Positions 15,101 to 26,676 of a stretch of DNA of 64,000 bases are shown in pieces. This DNA is from Antedon mediterranea (Eukaryota > Animalia > Echinodermata), in NCBI RefSeq assembly GCF_964355755.1, contig NC_092678.1, positions 21,965,365 to 22,029,364 on the forward strand, written 5' to 3'. A program made the translations under genes and the position numbers. Every line of letters starts with the position of its first letter. Positions within the stretch are counted from its first letter, which is position 1. The notes beneath the pieces are model-generated. The model was not told where the DNA came from and searched no databases. It saw only the letters and a program-made list of their open reading frames with translations.

Positions 15101-15676
15101 ATACCAATACTTTTAAAAGTATTTTGACATGTGAAATAAGCCCAGTGACCTCTAAATCTTAATCTAGACATAGTGGGGTGTGGCCCAGTATACAGTATTT
15201 TGGTACTACTCAACCCCAACCCAATTTTGAATTCTAAGTAAGCTATTATTTATTATTAATTCAATAATTTAATTGTAAGGAAAAAAACAGCACGACAGGT
15301 GGGTGTCAAAAGCAACAAGCATAACAAATAAAACACACAAGTAGGTAATTAGCATAATACAGGTGGCCAAAACTTACTCAGCATAGCCTGTGTTCCATGG
15401 TAATTTTGACACATCTCTTGGTACCAATATAGGCCTTACATGATGATCCGCTGTTACCTCAACCTCCTCAAAACTAAGTTGAAGAAACTCAGGCCTTGTA
15501 TATTGAAATTTATCCACCTTTTCGATTTCTACATAATCCACAGACGAATCATCTGAGGCCGACGGAGTCTGTTGCTGTTTGGTTGCCCCACCGTTCAGAC
15601 GATTCTGCAACTGCTGGGGTAAATTCTGCATGTTACCCAAAACAGTGTTCACTGCTTGTCGAAATCTGGCTAACAT
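4..15676 (-). CDS. PPM1H: PPM1H/J/M-family Mg2+/Mn2+-dependent protein phosphatase (PP2C), 5' portion; gene continues beyond the window start
   Basis: Exons 15676-15378, 13577-13445, 10958-10689 and 116-4 join in frame via GT-AG introns. Peptides RPEFLQLS, PWNTGYAEVINGGKTRCNEDQA, FGVFDGHAGSGAA and GGCTAL...LYVANAGDSR are characteristic of the PPM1H subfamily. Confidence 0.93.
2270..2645. repeat. Tandem triplication of a unit of about 115-120 bp (MITE A right end plus flank)
   Basis: Three near-identical copies of GTTTGATAGTGTAGACAGAGCTTAATACTTGTGGAT...GATTAGTGTACAAAT. Confidence 0.93.
4100..4300 (-). mobile_element. Degenerate tRNA-derived SINE
   Basis: Minus strand GTGGCTTGGTGGTTA (A box-like) ... 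GGGTTCAAGTCCC (B box). Confidence 0.55.
5549..6088 (+). CDS. Small type I membrane protein with a single Ig-like domain (179 aa), nested antisense in a PPM1H intron
   Basis: Signal peptide MEKLLVCLILFVATSVA, Ig E/F-strand pattern FSLIIRNITLNDMGWY, hydrophobic TM IYIYIIVIIVISLLYYLC, basic stop-transfer KKRK. Acceptor ttacag at 5543, candidate 5'UTR exons (donor at 4693; exon 5399-5451), AATAAA near 6180. Confidence 0.8.
   Translation: MEKLLVCLILFVATSVATNKTCKLNSNATFDFLKMHCPEGITFFKDDIEVVVNSRIKVDDLNKDFGHFSLIIRNITLNDMGWYTARCTGNDMSTIGGYLTVLDQTHDKNQHNNQGADHEGLESSTTYVPENSAHKINGHIYIYIIVIIVISLLYYLCRVCKKRKYKLVTELAKISSIHS
7990..8310. repeat. Three diverged tandem copies of a unit of about 125 bp
   Basis: TATATCATAAATACAT...GGTT...ATCTCACTC recurs near 7993, 8123 and 8243. 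Confidence 0.75.
8633..8788. mobile_element. MITE family A (PIF/Harbinger-like), full-length copy
   Basis: TIR AGCTCTGTCTACACTATCAAAC / GTTTGATAGTGTAGACAGAGCT with TTA on both sides. Other approximate copies: 1419-1556, 2129-2290, 10370-10500, 11568-11664, 18839-18972, 30433-30578, 31826-31931, 36825-36955, 38768-38909, 43380-43510, 48985-49107, 55387-55505, 59040-59173, 61497-61628. Confidence 0.9.
10689..10958 (-). CDS. PPM1H: PPM1H-like coding exon 3 (EPIDISCSYFGVFDGHAG...SSFHEM)
   Basis: gtgcag acceptor, gtaagt donor, 270 nt, DGH metal-binding motif. Confidence 0.94.
11036..11210. mobile_element. MITE family A copy
   Basis: Both TIRs and internal CACTACCATATTTGG subrepeats. Confidence 0.9.
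12516..12646. mobile_element. MITE family A copy
   Basis: Both TIRs, TTA duplication. Confidence 0.88.
13045..13326. mobile_element. Palindromic MITE
   Basis: AGAGCCCGTTCGGACG...CGTCCGAACACAGCCCT termini; internal inverted TTACACRTGT motifs. Confidence 0.6.
13445..13577 (-). CDS. PPM1H: PPM1H-like coding exon 2 (VINGGKTRCNEDQAIACHF...CTEI)
   Basis: ttttag acceptor, gtaagt donor, 133 nt, phase matches both neighbours; NED motif. Confidence 0.92.
15378..15676 (-). CDS. PPM1H: PPM1H-like first coding exon (MLARFRQAVNTVLGNM...PWNTGYAE)
   Basis: accATG start, gtaagt donor; an acceptor (ttgtag) just above 15692 implies an upstream non-coding exon. Confidence 0.9.
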
Positions 15677-16820
15677 GGTTACAGCATCAAGTCTACAAAT
15701 AACATGTATGGTTAATAATGTCAGCTCCAATAAGCTGGTATCTCTAAAACTGAACTCCTTTATAATGAATTTCACTGTTTTTCATCTGTGTTGTTGTTAT
15801 GGTCTGAAAGATGTACGTACAGAATGTGTTGTTTTGATCATCATTTAATTCTATTTAGCGCCCTCTATATTGATTTTTTTATCCAAGAAACTTTTTTTAA
15901 TTTATATAGAGGGCGCTAGATATAAACAAACTATGAAAACAACAACACACAACAACGTTGAATCTACAGTTTTAACGGTATAGTTAATAAAAAAATACTT
16001 CAATTGTTGTTTGATAAGATAAATTAATCATACCTTTTAATCGCAATTAAATATAGGCCTACATAAATACAGAAAACGTAGTATTGTTTCTGTAGGCCAG
16101 CTAGGCCTAGCCAATATGCCTAATTTGATATCTCTAGCTAGAGAGAGAGAGAGGCCCCTACTCTCCTTTCTATCCTACTACTACACTAGTAGAGACTTAG
16201 GTGAGCTAAGTAAAAGAGTATAATAAATAGTACTCTAGTAGTAGTTAGAGATTATGTATTGTGTTAGGCCTAACTGGGTAGGTAGGGGTAGAGGCAGGAG
16301 GGAGGTAGACTTTAGAGCATGATGGATGAGCCAGCCAGGGAGTTGGATGAGCTATGCTTTTTTTTTTGCAAAACAGATGTCATAAGATTTACCGCAAATA
16401 AAATAGCTTGATTTCGCTAGAAAAGTCATTGCACAATGATGGAAGGATTTAGGTTCAAACGTCATGATGCTTATACAAACAACAATTCACATACATATGC
16501 ATCATGATTTTTTTGCTCCTAAAAACTAAACCCTCCCACAATGTGTTGCGCATATTATTTGCGATAAACCTTATGGGTGCATTGTGATTTGTTTTTATAC
16601 CTTCTATAATCTTTTTGAAAAAGTTCATAGTTATAGCTGAGCATATGCCTACATTAATTAACAATGTTATGGTAGTATTTAATTATGGCACTCATGGAGT
16701 TCTAACAAACACTGTCACGAACATTATTTGCCGCAAAAACTGTACAGTACTATAAACATTAGCTACGTTAATCAAATCTACCTGCTCCTATATATTTGTT
16801 ATTTTTAAAATTAAGACTAA

Positions 16821-17212
16821 AGGCCCATTCACACTAGGACGATAACGATCGACGATAATAGACAATAATATGCATTTTTCATACATAAAATAAAAGAATA
16901 TAAAACCTTTTCATTCTAGAACTATAGAATAACCATCTATGCTTCCTTTGATGAAAATTATATTTTCACACGTCCAATCAAATGATGTCATGATTAGTAA
17001 GAGCAATAATATCGTGACAATACAACGATTTTATTGTTTTTATGTATCATGACGTCAATTGATTGGAATTTTAAAAATATTATTTTTATCAAAGACAGCA
17101 TAAATGATTATTCTAGAACGAAACCCTTTCTAATTTCTTTTGTTTTATGTTAAAAAAAATGCATGCTTATATGTTTATCGTCGATCGTTATCGTCCTAGT
17201 GTAAATGGGCCT
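16821..17212. mobile_element. Long foldback MITE (PIF/Harbinger-like)
   Basis: TIR AGGCCCATTCACACTAGGACGATAACGATCGACGATAA, TAA duplication, arms complementary over most of the length. Confidence 0.9.
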
Positions 17213-19408
17213 TAAGAGTGAAATAATAAAAACAAAATTGTTAAATGTTTACCTTTTTCAAAATACACCCTGCAAATATGAAGTGAGCCCTCTTTAGATG
17301 CACTTTAGTTTGGTTCGATTCATGTTGGTGTTTTAATAGCTTGTTGTAAATACAACAGGAAAGTAGCTAATGTTATCACCATCAACAATTATTGGATTAT
17401 ACTCAGTGTGTGCGGCAAATAAAGTTTTAACACAATTCTTGAATCATTTAAGATCAATTAAACTTTTGGTAAGTTTTTTTTTATATACTGTAGTCTTTGC
17501 TCCTTCTTACATTTTTTGTCGTTGATTGATTTTACAAATTGGATTGTTTTTAACTGAAACATCTATACAGCAAAGTTAAAGTATACTTTTCTGAGATAAA
17601 AAAAGTTTGCTCAGTTTAAATAATATTTATATTTACAAAGTTTCATAACAGTTTCATTTTGTTATCTGATTGGAAGGTTTTATGTAGATTTATAGTTTTT
17701 AAATTTATATTTTGTTTCATTATTAAATTGCATGGCGTACACTGTACAGCATATCAACAACTCTATTGGTTATATTAACTGTCGTTTATACACCGGGATC
17801 TATCTGGATTTCTAGATTTAAAGCATTAATGCTTCTGTGCCTCATATTTTTCTTTGATTTGTATGGGCTGTATTTTAACGGGTAGTTTTTTTAGTGTTTT
17901 TTTAGTGCTGTTTTAAATCACAATTTTTTTAATGATATATTGCGTGCTTAGTTGCTATAGCAATACCAATTAAAAAAATGTTCAATTCAACTTGTGGATA
18001 TGTATATCTTAGTGTCAATAAAGACACAGATAAATACATTCAATTTGGTTTATAGATCATAAGTGCTATTGCATACTTATTTAATTGGCAAAAGTGTTAG
18101 CAATTATTGTTGACCTTCAATCATAATTATTTTTCTATAAGTGTAATTGGAGAACACCCATTGATACCATAATATACCACAAATAGACCTGTACTGCCTT
18201 TCAGTGGAAGAAACAAAAACAAACAAACAGTAGTGCTTAATCAGTTGCACGCTGTCTGTATATCAGCTGGGTGTCTGCACATGTGCAGAAGTGTCAAAAG
18301 ACAGAAGGTACGCAAATGGTGTGCAACAAAAAACAGCATGAACAAGTATTTAAAGTTCTTGAAAAAATGGTATACTTTACTTGTCAAAAAAATTATATTA
18401 AATATTATATTGTCTCTGATATAATCCCTATGTGGGTCAGGTCAGGTCAGGTCACACTTTTTTAACGAAACTCCTGAGGTTATATACTGTTGTATGAAAC
18501 TCCTTGTAATTAATACTTGGGACAAGTTTCACCAGTTTCAGAATATTTATTAATTTATGTAGGCCTATAATAATAAACTCTGTTGATGGGGCCTCTCTGA
18601 ACTATACTATCAGTCTCTTTATTGAAAAGTTAAATTAACAACAGATGGTTGAATGGTATTATTTGTTGAATGATTGTGCAATTATTTTCTCATTAACGCC
18701 TAGCCACTTATCACTGAGATGCACGTTGTGTGGCTGCATTGAACAAGCATGACTTTGCAACCGAATATGCCGCTGTACAAAAGTTTGAATAGAATACTTA
18801 TCCATGGAGAAATAAGTTTATCTGCATGATATATCTAAAGCTCTGTCTACACCATCAAACTTTATATAACAAAAAATGTGATGTGCCCACATATGGACAT
18901 GATTATGTCATATTACTATCATATTTGAGCACATCACACTTTTTTTGTCACATAAAGTTTGATAGTGTAGACATACTGTACCTTTAGAAAATGAGTAACT
19001 TATCAGTTAAAGTAGGATTATTGTTAATACTCAGTATATAAGGTTATATAAAATCTGCAATGATATAGAACTGAACTGTTGATATTTTTAAAAGTGACAC
19101 ACATTGCTATCCACAGCTAAACAGCATGCAATCGAGTAAAATAATCACACAAGTGCCGAGTTTCATTTGATGTTTAAAGTGACAACCGGTAACAAAAGCG
19201 AAACATTCGCATAAACATCAAGCACATTGGCAAAACTCCAGCAGATCTAAAAGGAAGTCTCTAATGAATTTAACCGTCATCTTTTCCTCCGTCACGACAA
19301 GCTAAATTTATCGAACTTTAGCCTTCACAGCTCCTTCCCAGCTTGTATCAAATCACAGTATTCCCTTCCAGGCCTCTTCCTAATTGTGCTGATACTAGGG
19401 GCTATACT

Positions 19409-19584
19409 CAGTGGCGTAGTAACTCTAAGTGCCCCTCCAACTCTGGAGGCCTTGGGCGTTTTTAGCCTGTTTCAACATATTTGAATGCCTGTTTTTTCCT
19501 CTTGGCCGTGTTCAGGGGCCCCCATAACCTCTGGGGCCTCTAGGTTTAGCCAGTAAGCGCTCATTCATAGCCGGTACGCCACTG
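19409..19584. mobile_element. hAT-like MITE
   Basis: CAGTGGCGTA...TACGCCACTG; 8-bp TSD GCTATACT/GTTATACT. Confidence 0.85.
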
Positions 19585-20569
19585 GTTATACTCTACATTA
19601 AATATCTATAGCCAGTACTGTAATATAATATGTAATAATGATTTTTTGTAATAGTTTTTTAGTTTTGTGTATCAATATCATTATAATCAGATGTTTTTTT
19701 AAAATTCTAACCTAAAGGTACCCTTACATTAAAATCGAACCCATACTTTGTTACCCGTAAGCAATCATGTTAAGAACTATTCAATAGTGCCATTACAGTT
19801 AGTAGTAACTTATAATAGCCATAGTTCCCGGAATTATACAGCATTGTAGTAGTATAGAGTTGAATACCCTAAAGAATCTAAACGAGAGAGACGAAACGAT
19901 GTTTACATCAGATTGTCTTGGTAGGCTTTACTAAGCTTGGCTGAGAGGCTGGGATCATTAGGGTCAGCAGAGATAACTAGATGTTTAGCTGGGTTCCATG
20001 TGGAAATAATCATCAGTGCTTAGTCTTGGAGTTATCCAATGTCTACTTGACATGTCTACTTCACAATGTGAAGTGTCAATTAATGTAAAGAATGTTTTTT
20101 ATGAAAACATAAATAGTTACCCTGGGAATTATGTACTAGTATAGTATTAGTACTTAAAACATTTTCCAAGTCTTCCCTCTGGATTACATAATCGCTTGTT
20201 GTTTTATTAGTTCATGTAAATATTTTACTGTACTGACCCAGAGGGTGTAAGTCTGCCCTGGTGGTAAAAGCCACCCATTTGATCACATGGAACTGGCAGT
20301 TAATTCAAAATATGACTTACTTTGTGAGCTACACTCCACTAACAGTTCTTGAATTTGTTTAGCCTTAGGTCTTCCCTGAAAAATATGTTCTGTATCGGTA
20401 TCTCAATTGCACTCCACTTTTTTCTTACAATATCCTACCATAGAGATATTATCTCTATGATCCTACAGATCAAAACTTGGTACGAAAACCATTTCTATAA
20501 AATTCATATAAATAAACAAAAAAACATACTGTGTATAACTGATAATGCTGTTAACTATTAGGTAGCAGT

Positions 20570-20790
20570 TTAACTGTAGCATGCGGTAGTTAATATGCTT
20601 GTCTATCAATCACATGGTTGGTTTCAAATCCTGCCATAGCTCCACTACCTAAATACCATAATAAGCAGTCAATATTGTGCCTGCTTACCTGGATAAACCA
20701 ACAATGGTCCTCTCTCTCCGAAGGAAGAATACAAAAGAAAAGAAGAAAATTACATTGAGCACCTCTATACAATCAAGTACCTGGATGTAA
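20570..20790 (+). mobile_element. Degenerate tRNA-derived SINE
   Basis: A-box-like start and GGTTTCAAATCC B box. Confidence 0.4.
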
Positions 20791-21839
20791 TTGACATTAA
20801 AGTTTTAAAAAGTAGGTTACACTGTTGACCGATTTCCTAATATAAAGTTTGCTGACATTTTGTCACAACAACTTTAAATAGTGAGTAAATTCTACCAATT
20901 TAAGTTTTTATTGGTTCTCGGCACCCATCCTGGGCAGGTGGTTTAACTCCAGGTTTTAAAGGAGCCTACAGAGCAGACAGAAGACGTGCTACAATTTCTA
21001 CGGAGCAAAGTGCACACTCCAGTTTGTGATTGAATTCTAACACTGCTTTAAGCTTATGTTATCGTTTGATGCTCTTGCCAGCATGAAAACGAGGAATGTG
21101 TTTAAAGTTGAAATATCAAGGTCTTTGGTAGATATTAATAAAGAAATTCAATCTAAAATCTGACATGCATGTATACAGTACATTTGTCTTTTTGTTAGAA
21201 TGGCATTAAAAGGTAAATTAAGTTAGTTGATTCTTTGGTCAATAGTGTTAATAATAATAAGATTTATAGTGTTAGCAGTATAATATGTCAAATAATTCAG
21301 ATGATTGCTTTATAATCATTGATGTATTAAATTAATGAGGGACTTCCTTATTCAAAGAATACCCCTATTAAGCAGATACTTTCCTGTGAAAAGAACGAGG
21401 GGAAAAATGTCCATGACCACCCCTATTCAAAGAACACCGTGTCATGAGACAGTTTCCTATGAACAAATGAGGGAAATTAACCTATTGCTATTGAGGTCCT
21501 GAAAGTCAAGTAGATCTTGTTTGTAACTCGCATATATTGTTTGTAACTCGCAGTCACTCTCATTTTCTGACTCGCATTTTCCAACTAGCAGAATGCTTTG
21601 ACTCCGAATTCGATTTTCTTGTGTTTGGTTTTATCTTATTATTATTCCATGGTTTTAGTAAGAACACATGACCATGCTTTCAGCATCAACTGAATAGACT
21701 AATGCAATTGTAAGCCTTAAAGGTACAAATTGATTGAATACCGTCCATCAGGAAATGCAGTCATTCTCAAAGAATTCACTCATGATCTTGGATATTAGAT
21801 CTTTTATTAAGCGGATGGGTGAAGGTTCAAATACTAAAC

Positions 21840-24140
21840 CATGGAGTAAAGAATAAGAGGAGACACAACTTGAATAGTTCAGTCAGTTCATCGTGTTTAC
21901 CGCTTGCTTAAGGCTATGCTTGTAATGAGTATTAAAGGAGGTGCTAAACACTGCCGTTACGTAACCCAATTAGCAAAGAGTACAATGTTTACTGCCCGCG
22001 GTCAATTTTGGTGTTAGTACACATGCGTATTAGGACGTCACAATACTCTTGCTAGGCGATGTGCGTTCAAGCGTGAAAGGTGTACTATATACTGTTTGTA
22101 GACCTACTGAACTTGTATTCCGACCTTGTTTATTAATTTTTATTAAAAAGCAGCGCTATATATATATTCTACTGGATATCTTTTATTAATAAATTAATAA
22201 TACGAGTTTTATACGGCACCAATAAAGGAATTATATTTATATGGTTTACTGTGTACTAAATGTTGGTAATTTCTCCAGACAACTTATCATGAATCATGAT
22301 GAATAAATGGGTTTAATAAGGACCAGTGGTGGTGCCAGCGGGAGGTTACGGGGGCTGTATCCCCTCGTCGTCTCCCCCCTCCTCCCCTCTTCCCCGTCTG
22401 GGAAACGCGAGTACTTTTCGTCGGGGAATATAATATACAGTAAAAATCATTCGCGTTCACTTCGTATAACTTCAGCGCCTGGAAAAACCGCGACGTTCCA
22501 TTTTTTTTTAGTACTGTACGTTGCTTGGTGGAGCGGAGAGCAATTGCACTTTGCATGCATTATTGCCAGCGATCTAATAAACAATGATTAGGTACGCACT
22601 TGTCTGGCGGTTCCCCTTTGTACGAATTGTTTAACATTGGACCTGCTCCATTGCGGTTTACATGTGATATCATGTTCCATCCAGGGACCAGAATGTGTAC
22701 TGTACTAGTTACTTTCCAGGCGAAGTTTACAGCCGCATCAGTCGTGATCGACGTACGCAATACAGCAAAAGGGTACGAATAATGTTGGCGATCTATTGTT
22801 CGTATGTCCGATTTTTTAATTTTACGATTAACCGCTATGTACCGAACTGTACATAATCCTTTTATACAATGGCTTATAATTACAAAAGAGCATAGACTAT
22901 ATTTGTAATTGAATTTTTAACCAACACATATCATTTGTAGTTGTTGTTACGGGTTGATACTAAACGAATATTCTCGTAGTACCGTACCATTTTATACCAT
23001 ATTATATAATATTATAATAACGACCAACCGAAAACTAAAACTAATTGATTAATTTCTTCTTTAATAAAATATTACTACTATTTGTTTTCTAACGTTATTA
23101 CAATTATTAATATATTAATATAGACCTACATAAAAAAAACCTATTATTATTATTGATATTGTTTATTGTTACTATAGGTGCGCCTATGCCTGAACCTATT
23201 AGGCCTACCGGTTACGGTATGCACTAAATATGTCCATCATTATGGGATTAAATATTATCCTTATTTAGGCTATTTATTAAATAATAATATATTACGAACT
23301 ACTAGGCCTATGTGTAGCCACAAATCGTTAAACGATATATAATTTAAGTCCTACAAGTTCACTGAACTCTAAGTATGTGATCGTAAAAATCATATATTTT
23401 ATGATATTAATATCATAAATAATTTAATTATACAATATCAGACTAAAATAGAAGAATGTTAGTTTTGCTAAACAGTCATAATATAGACTGAAACATAAAT
23501 TAAATGTCATATACAGTAATAAAAATAAGAAATTGTGTCGTTGGAATTCTACTATACGTATATTTTTGAATATTCATGAGAACAAATTATATAATTTTTT
23601 TCATGCGCGCATTTGCGCGCACTAAAATGTGATTTTAAAATAAGTTGGAGTCTTTAATATGCTACAAAATGCACTAGGGTTCGTAAATTAAAAAGTTGCT
23701 TAAACGGTAAAATTTCGATTTACCAAATGATACGTCTATGGCTTGATAAAAAATATGATTAATTTGTTAGCTGGTATAAAAACTGCGATATCTCCGTGAA
23801 AATTTACTCAATTTTTAAACGGTTTTTTCGAGAAAAAAGCTCAAAGAACAATGAACAACTGCACAAAGGTCATGCTTCACTATGATGTATTAGAAACTAC
23901 TGCGCAGCCTCTGTTTACTTTTTTTGTCACCGATGTCATGCCTGGCTTCTTCCTTAATTAGGGTGTTACGTAATCAGAGCCGACTCTGCAGCGAGCTGCA
24001 CGGGTAAACAGGATGTTCTTCAAAGGATCGTTATGGGAAGTTTATTACCCTATGCTTAAGCACTACCGCACAGCGTGATACTAATTGGATTAACTGGATA
24101 GCTAGGCCGAGTTGTGCCTCCTCTTATTCTTTACTCCATG
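21840..24140. mobile_element. Non-autonomous DNA transposon, 2.3 kb, P-element-like termini
   Basis: 31-bp TIR CATGGAGTAAAGAATAAGAGGAGRCACAACT (1 mismatch); exact 7-bp TSD ACTAAAC. Confidence 0.85.
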
Positions 24141-26331
24141 ACTAAACACTGAATTCTATTGTTTTGTATTCAAGTTTACGTATTCCACGATCCATGCTTA
24201 TTCTCAAATTAAAGATTTCGCCTTCCAAATAAGATCCTGCCTTCCAAATTAAAGATACCGCCTTCTTCCAATCCATTAAGATTCACTTCCACTTAATCTT
24301 TAATTGACAACTCATCATTTTCATAATGAAAAAACATATTTTTTACTTTATTGCACTGTATTTTATATGACTTTTTTTTAATAAAATTATTTTTCCTATT
24401 AAAATTTTGCCCAGTTACCTTTTAGAAATGATTCCACAACAATTTTAAATCAGTTTTTTAAAACTAATCATTTGCGTTGGAGCATTTTTGTTTAAAACTG
24501 CAATGCTCACGCGTACTGTATATACTCCACAAATGTTTTGTTGGAGGTTTGTGCAAGAGGAACATTAATATAGGAAAACATACAATTTTCAAATTTCTTT
24601 TTTAATGTTAGCTTCTGTAATTAAAAGAAGGGTTATAATTCTAAATGTCCTTCTAAATTTCCATTTATAGAAATATTAACAAGATATCCTGCATGGAACG
24701 CCTCTCAGGAAACGCACATTAAATTAATTAACATTTATAATTTGCCTTCTTTGTGCCTGCTTCTGTGCAGCAAGTGATGTTGAGATAAAGTATGTCACTT
24801 TTGTTTTGAAAGGATATAGGAGTTTTGATAATATATCAGCTAACAAGTAAAAATGTTTGTCTGTGTTTTCTCTATAAAAAAGGGAACTTTTAAAGTTTTT
24901 TAAATTAACTTTTGAAATAAGCAAATCTAATGTACATAGACCTACTACTACTAGGTAAAATCTGATGGTTTATAAAAAAATTAATTATCTGCTACTTTAG
25001 ATATTGAATATTCATAAGCAAGTGTACTAAGAGATCAAAACAAAGTTGTACATGCTCAAACTGTATTTTAGATAATTAACAGAAATCAGTTTCAATTTTA
25101 TCTGAAATGCAGTTTGAATGGTCAAGTTTCAATGTCCATCATTCTTATTGACCATTTAACTCTTCAGAAATATCCATTACATATAGTTTATATGTTTTTT
25201 CTGTTCTTATCTTTTCATATGGTTTGGCAATCTTAGGTATGTTAATTAAATAACACTTTAATATCTGTCAAATGACCCAGATAATTGTGTAAATTCTTAG
25301 AATTTTAAAATGAGCTTTTAATCCCACAGTTGAGTCAAACAGATAGTAAAATAACAAGCTGCATGCAAGATAAAAGCAAAAATCACAAACAATTTCAAGA
25401 AATAACAAGAGCACTCAATACACTCCAAAAAGTGTTACGTTGATTGTTACACCTCAAACAATACGTTTGCTCATCCAAAAATAGTTTATAGTTGATGAAT
25501 TAAAATCTAGTTTTAGGTTAATTTTTGCCTAGTCAAACATCAATAAAAGATTTAGAATATATCATATCCATGCTTGACATCAGAAGCTAGATGGAATGCA
25601 ATCATTCAAATAATTTTAACATTGGTCGACAAAAGTTAGGCTGCGTGAATTTGCTCAGCACGACTACATCCACACATACCGGATAAATTCGTCCACTGGG
25701 AATGACACTTCTTTGACCGACACATATTTTTATCCATTTCGTTTCAATTAACAGCAGAGACTAATACTATCGCCAATAGCAAGGTTATTGACCTCTTGTA
25801 CTTGATCTTAGAAGTTTGTTGTTTTGACCATTATTTTAATAATTGGTTTTGACAATTCATGTTTTTATTTTTGTACAAAAACAACAAACTACAAGTTAAA
25901 ATTAGCATTTTTTTTAATGAGAATAGAATTGGATAGAAACTACTGAAATACTATTTAAAATCTTTCAATGTAGTTTTTAATAATATTTTAATATTTATTT
26001 ATTTTAGGTTTGCTGTGGATTCCTGTATTTGTGATGTGATCATGGCTAATTGATTCTGATTTGTCATGAAGTTGTGTTCAACGTCAGTAAAAAAAAGGCC
26101 AGCAGGAGCTTTTAGCCTAAGATGACCCGGTAAGCTTGACTACCTATAGGCCCAGGGTAAGGACTAAACAGCCATTGGGGAGCTTGGTTTACCATCACTG
26201 TTGATCTGAATGGTAGGCCTAGCCTGCCCGTGATTTAACCTTCAGTACAATTGCATCCCACTGGTAAGTGTGTGTTTGACGAGTTGTGAATTGTTCCATC
26301 TCAGGCATACAGTAGGTAGATAATTGTGACG

Positions 26332-26676
26332 ATGATTGTAAGAAGGATAAACCGAATGTGTCGGTTACGCCGTCTTCCCAAGCAAGACATCCTGATCATG
26401 GCTCTTGCTCTAGGGATGTTCACAATCTACATGATGTACAACGTCGGATTCACAATGGGTATCGTAGAGGGAAAGAAGAATTCTGCTGTTCCTCAGGCTC
26501 GAGACAAGGAGGAGGAGGATGCTGGTGGAGGAGCCCATGAGGTTGTGTTTGAGGGCCTAGGACAAACCATGAATGATTATGTACATCATAGGAACATTCT
26601 AGAAGGGATGGAAGTTGAGGAAAAGCAGGACAATGAACAAATTAAATTGACAGAGTTCCAGATATACTTAAACAAG
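26332..26676 (+). CDS. CPED1: CPED1-like coding exon 1 (basic tail plus type II TM anchor); exon acceptor at 26008
   Basis: MIVRRINRMCRLRRLPKQDILIMALALGMFTIYMMY; donor AAG/gtaagt. Confidence 0.85.

Noticed and set aside
15496-15848. Plus-strand ORFs over PPM1H exon 1 (likewise minus ORFs at 34059 and 37048)
   Set aside because: Antisense shadows of real exons.
22459-22473. loxP-like ACTTCGTATAACTTC
   Set aside because: Partial half-site only; no 8-bp spacer with an inverted partner.
22287-22782. Overlapping short ORFs in the CpG-rich block
   Set aside because: No recognisable motifs or splice framework; explained by locally higher GC inside a transposon.
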